32,000 bases of DNA, taken from the sequence record KC012945.1; one strand, given 5' to 3'. The notes below the pieces were generated by a model. That model did not search any database, was not told the DNA's origin, and saw only the letters and a program-made list of their open reading frames with translations. Below are positions 29,661 to 32,000 of this stretch, one piece after another (position 1 is the first letter of the stretch; each line of letters begins with the position of its first letter). A program made the translations under genes and the position numbers.

Positions 29661-32000
<2,340 letters not shown>

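Overview
This window is AT-rich, intron-free, tightly packed mitochondrial DNA. It is not a prokaryotic accessory region, so I found no defence, phage or CRISPR content.

It runs from the 3' end of rns to most of rnl. It carries 30 recognisable protein genes: nad1-5, 7 and 9; cob; cox1 twice; cox3; atp1; atp6; tatC; a previously untracked short tatA; and 13 ribosomal-protein genes. It also has 10 tRNA genes. Everything is on the + strand except tatC.

The standard code fits: every Trp is TGG and no gene has an in-frame TGA. The gene set and order look like an ochrophyte (stramenopile alga). Mitochondrion-encoded atp1 together with a duplicated cox1 region matches my recollection of eustigmatophytes (Nannochloropsis/Microchloropsis-like). 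That assignment needs a BLAST check.

The most unusual locus is 1.1-8.15 kb:
- It is a ~3.5-kb tandem duplication whose junction maps to an 8-nt microhomology shared by nad7 and atp1.
- The redundant nad7, atp1 and tRNA copies have decayed reciprocally.
- Two full cox1 copies remain, only ~2.4% different and almost entirely at synonymous sites.
- Nested, internally deleted cox1 relics sit inside each unit.
- Small TM / acidic-helix / TM ORFs downstream of each cox1 module diverge very fast.

Other points worth follow-up:
- rps4 appears to be one reading frame cut by a single in-frame TAA, and orf323 carries the uS4 C-terminal motif.
- A 54-aa TatA-like ORF overlaps the end of rpl5.
- orf60 is a paralogue of the nad5 C-terminal tail and is the only ORF ending in TGA.
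- The 12-mer AAAAAATAAAAT recurs just upstream of at least 7 ORFs.
- A 605-bp gene-free spacer has a 12-bp hairpin and a G-rich tract.

RNA gene ends are approximate (+/- 5-20 nt). All homology calls come from motif recognition by eye, not from searches.
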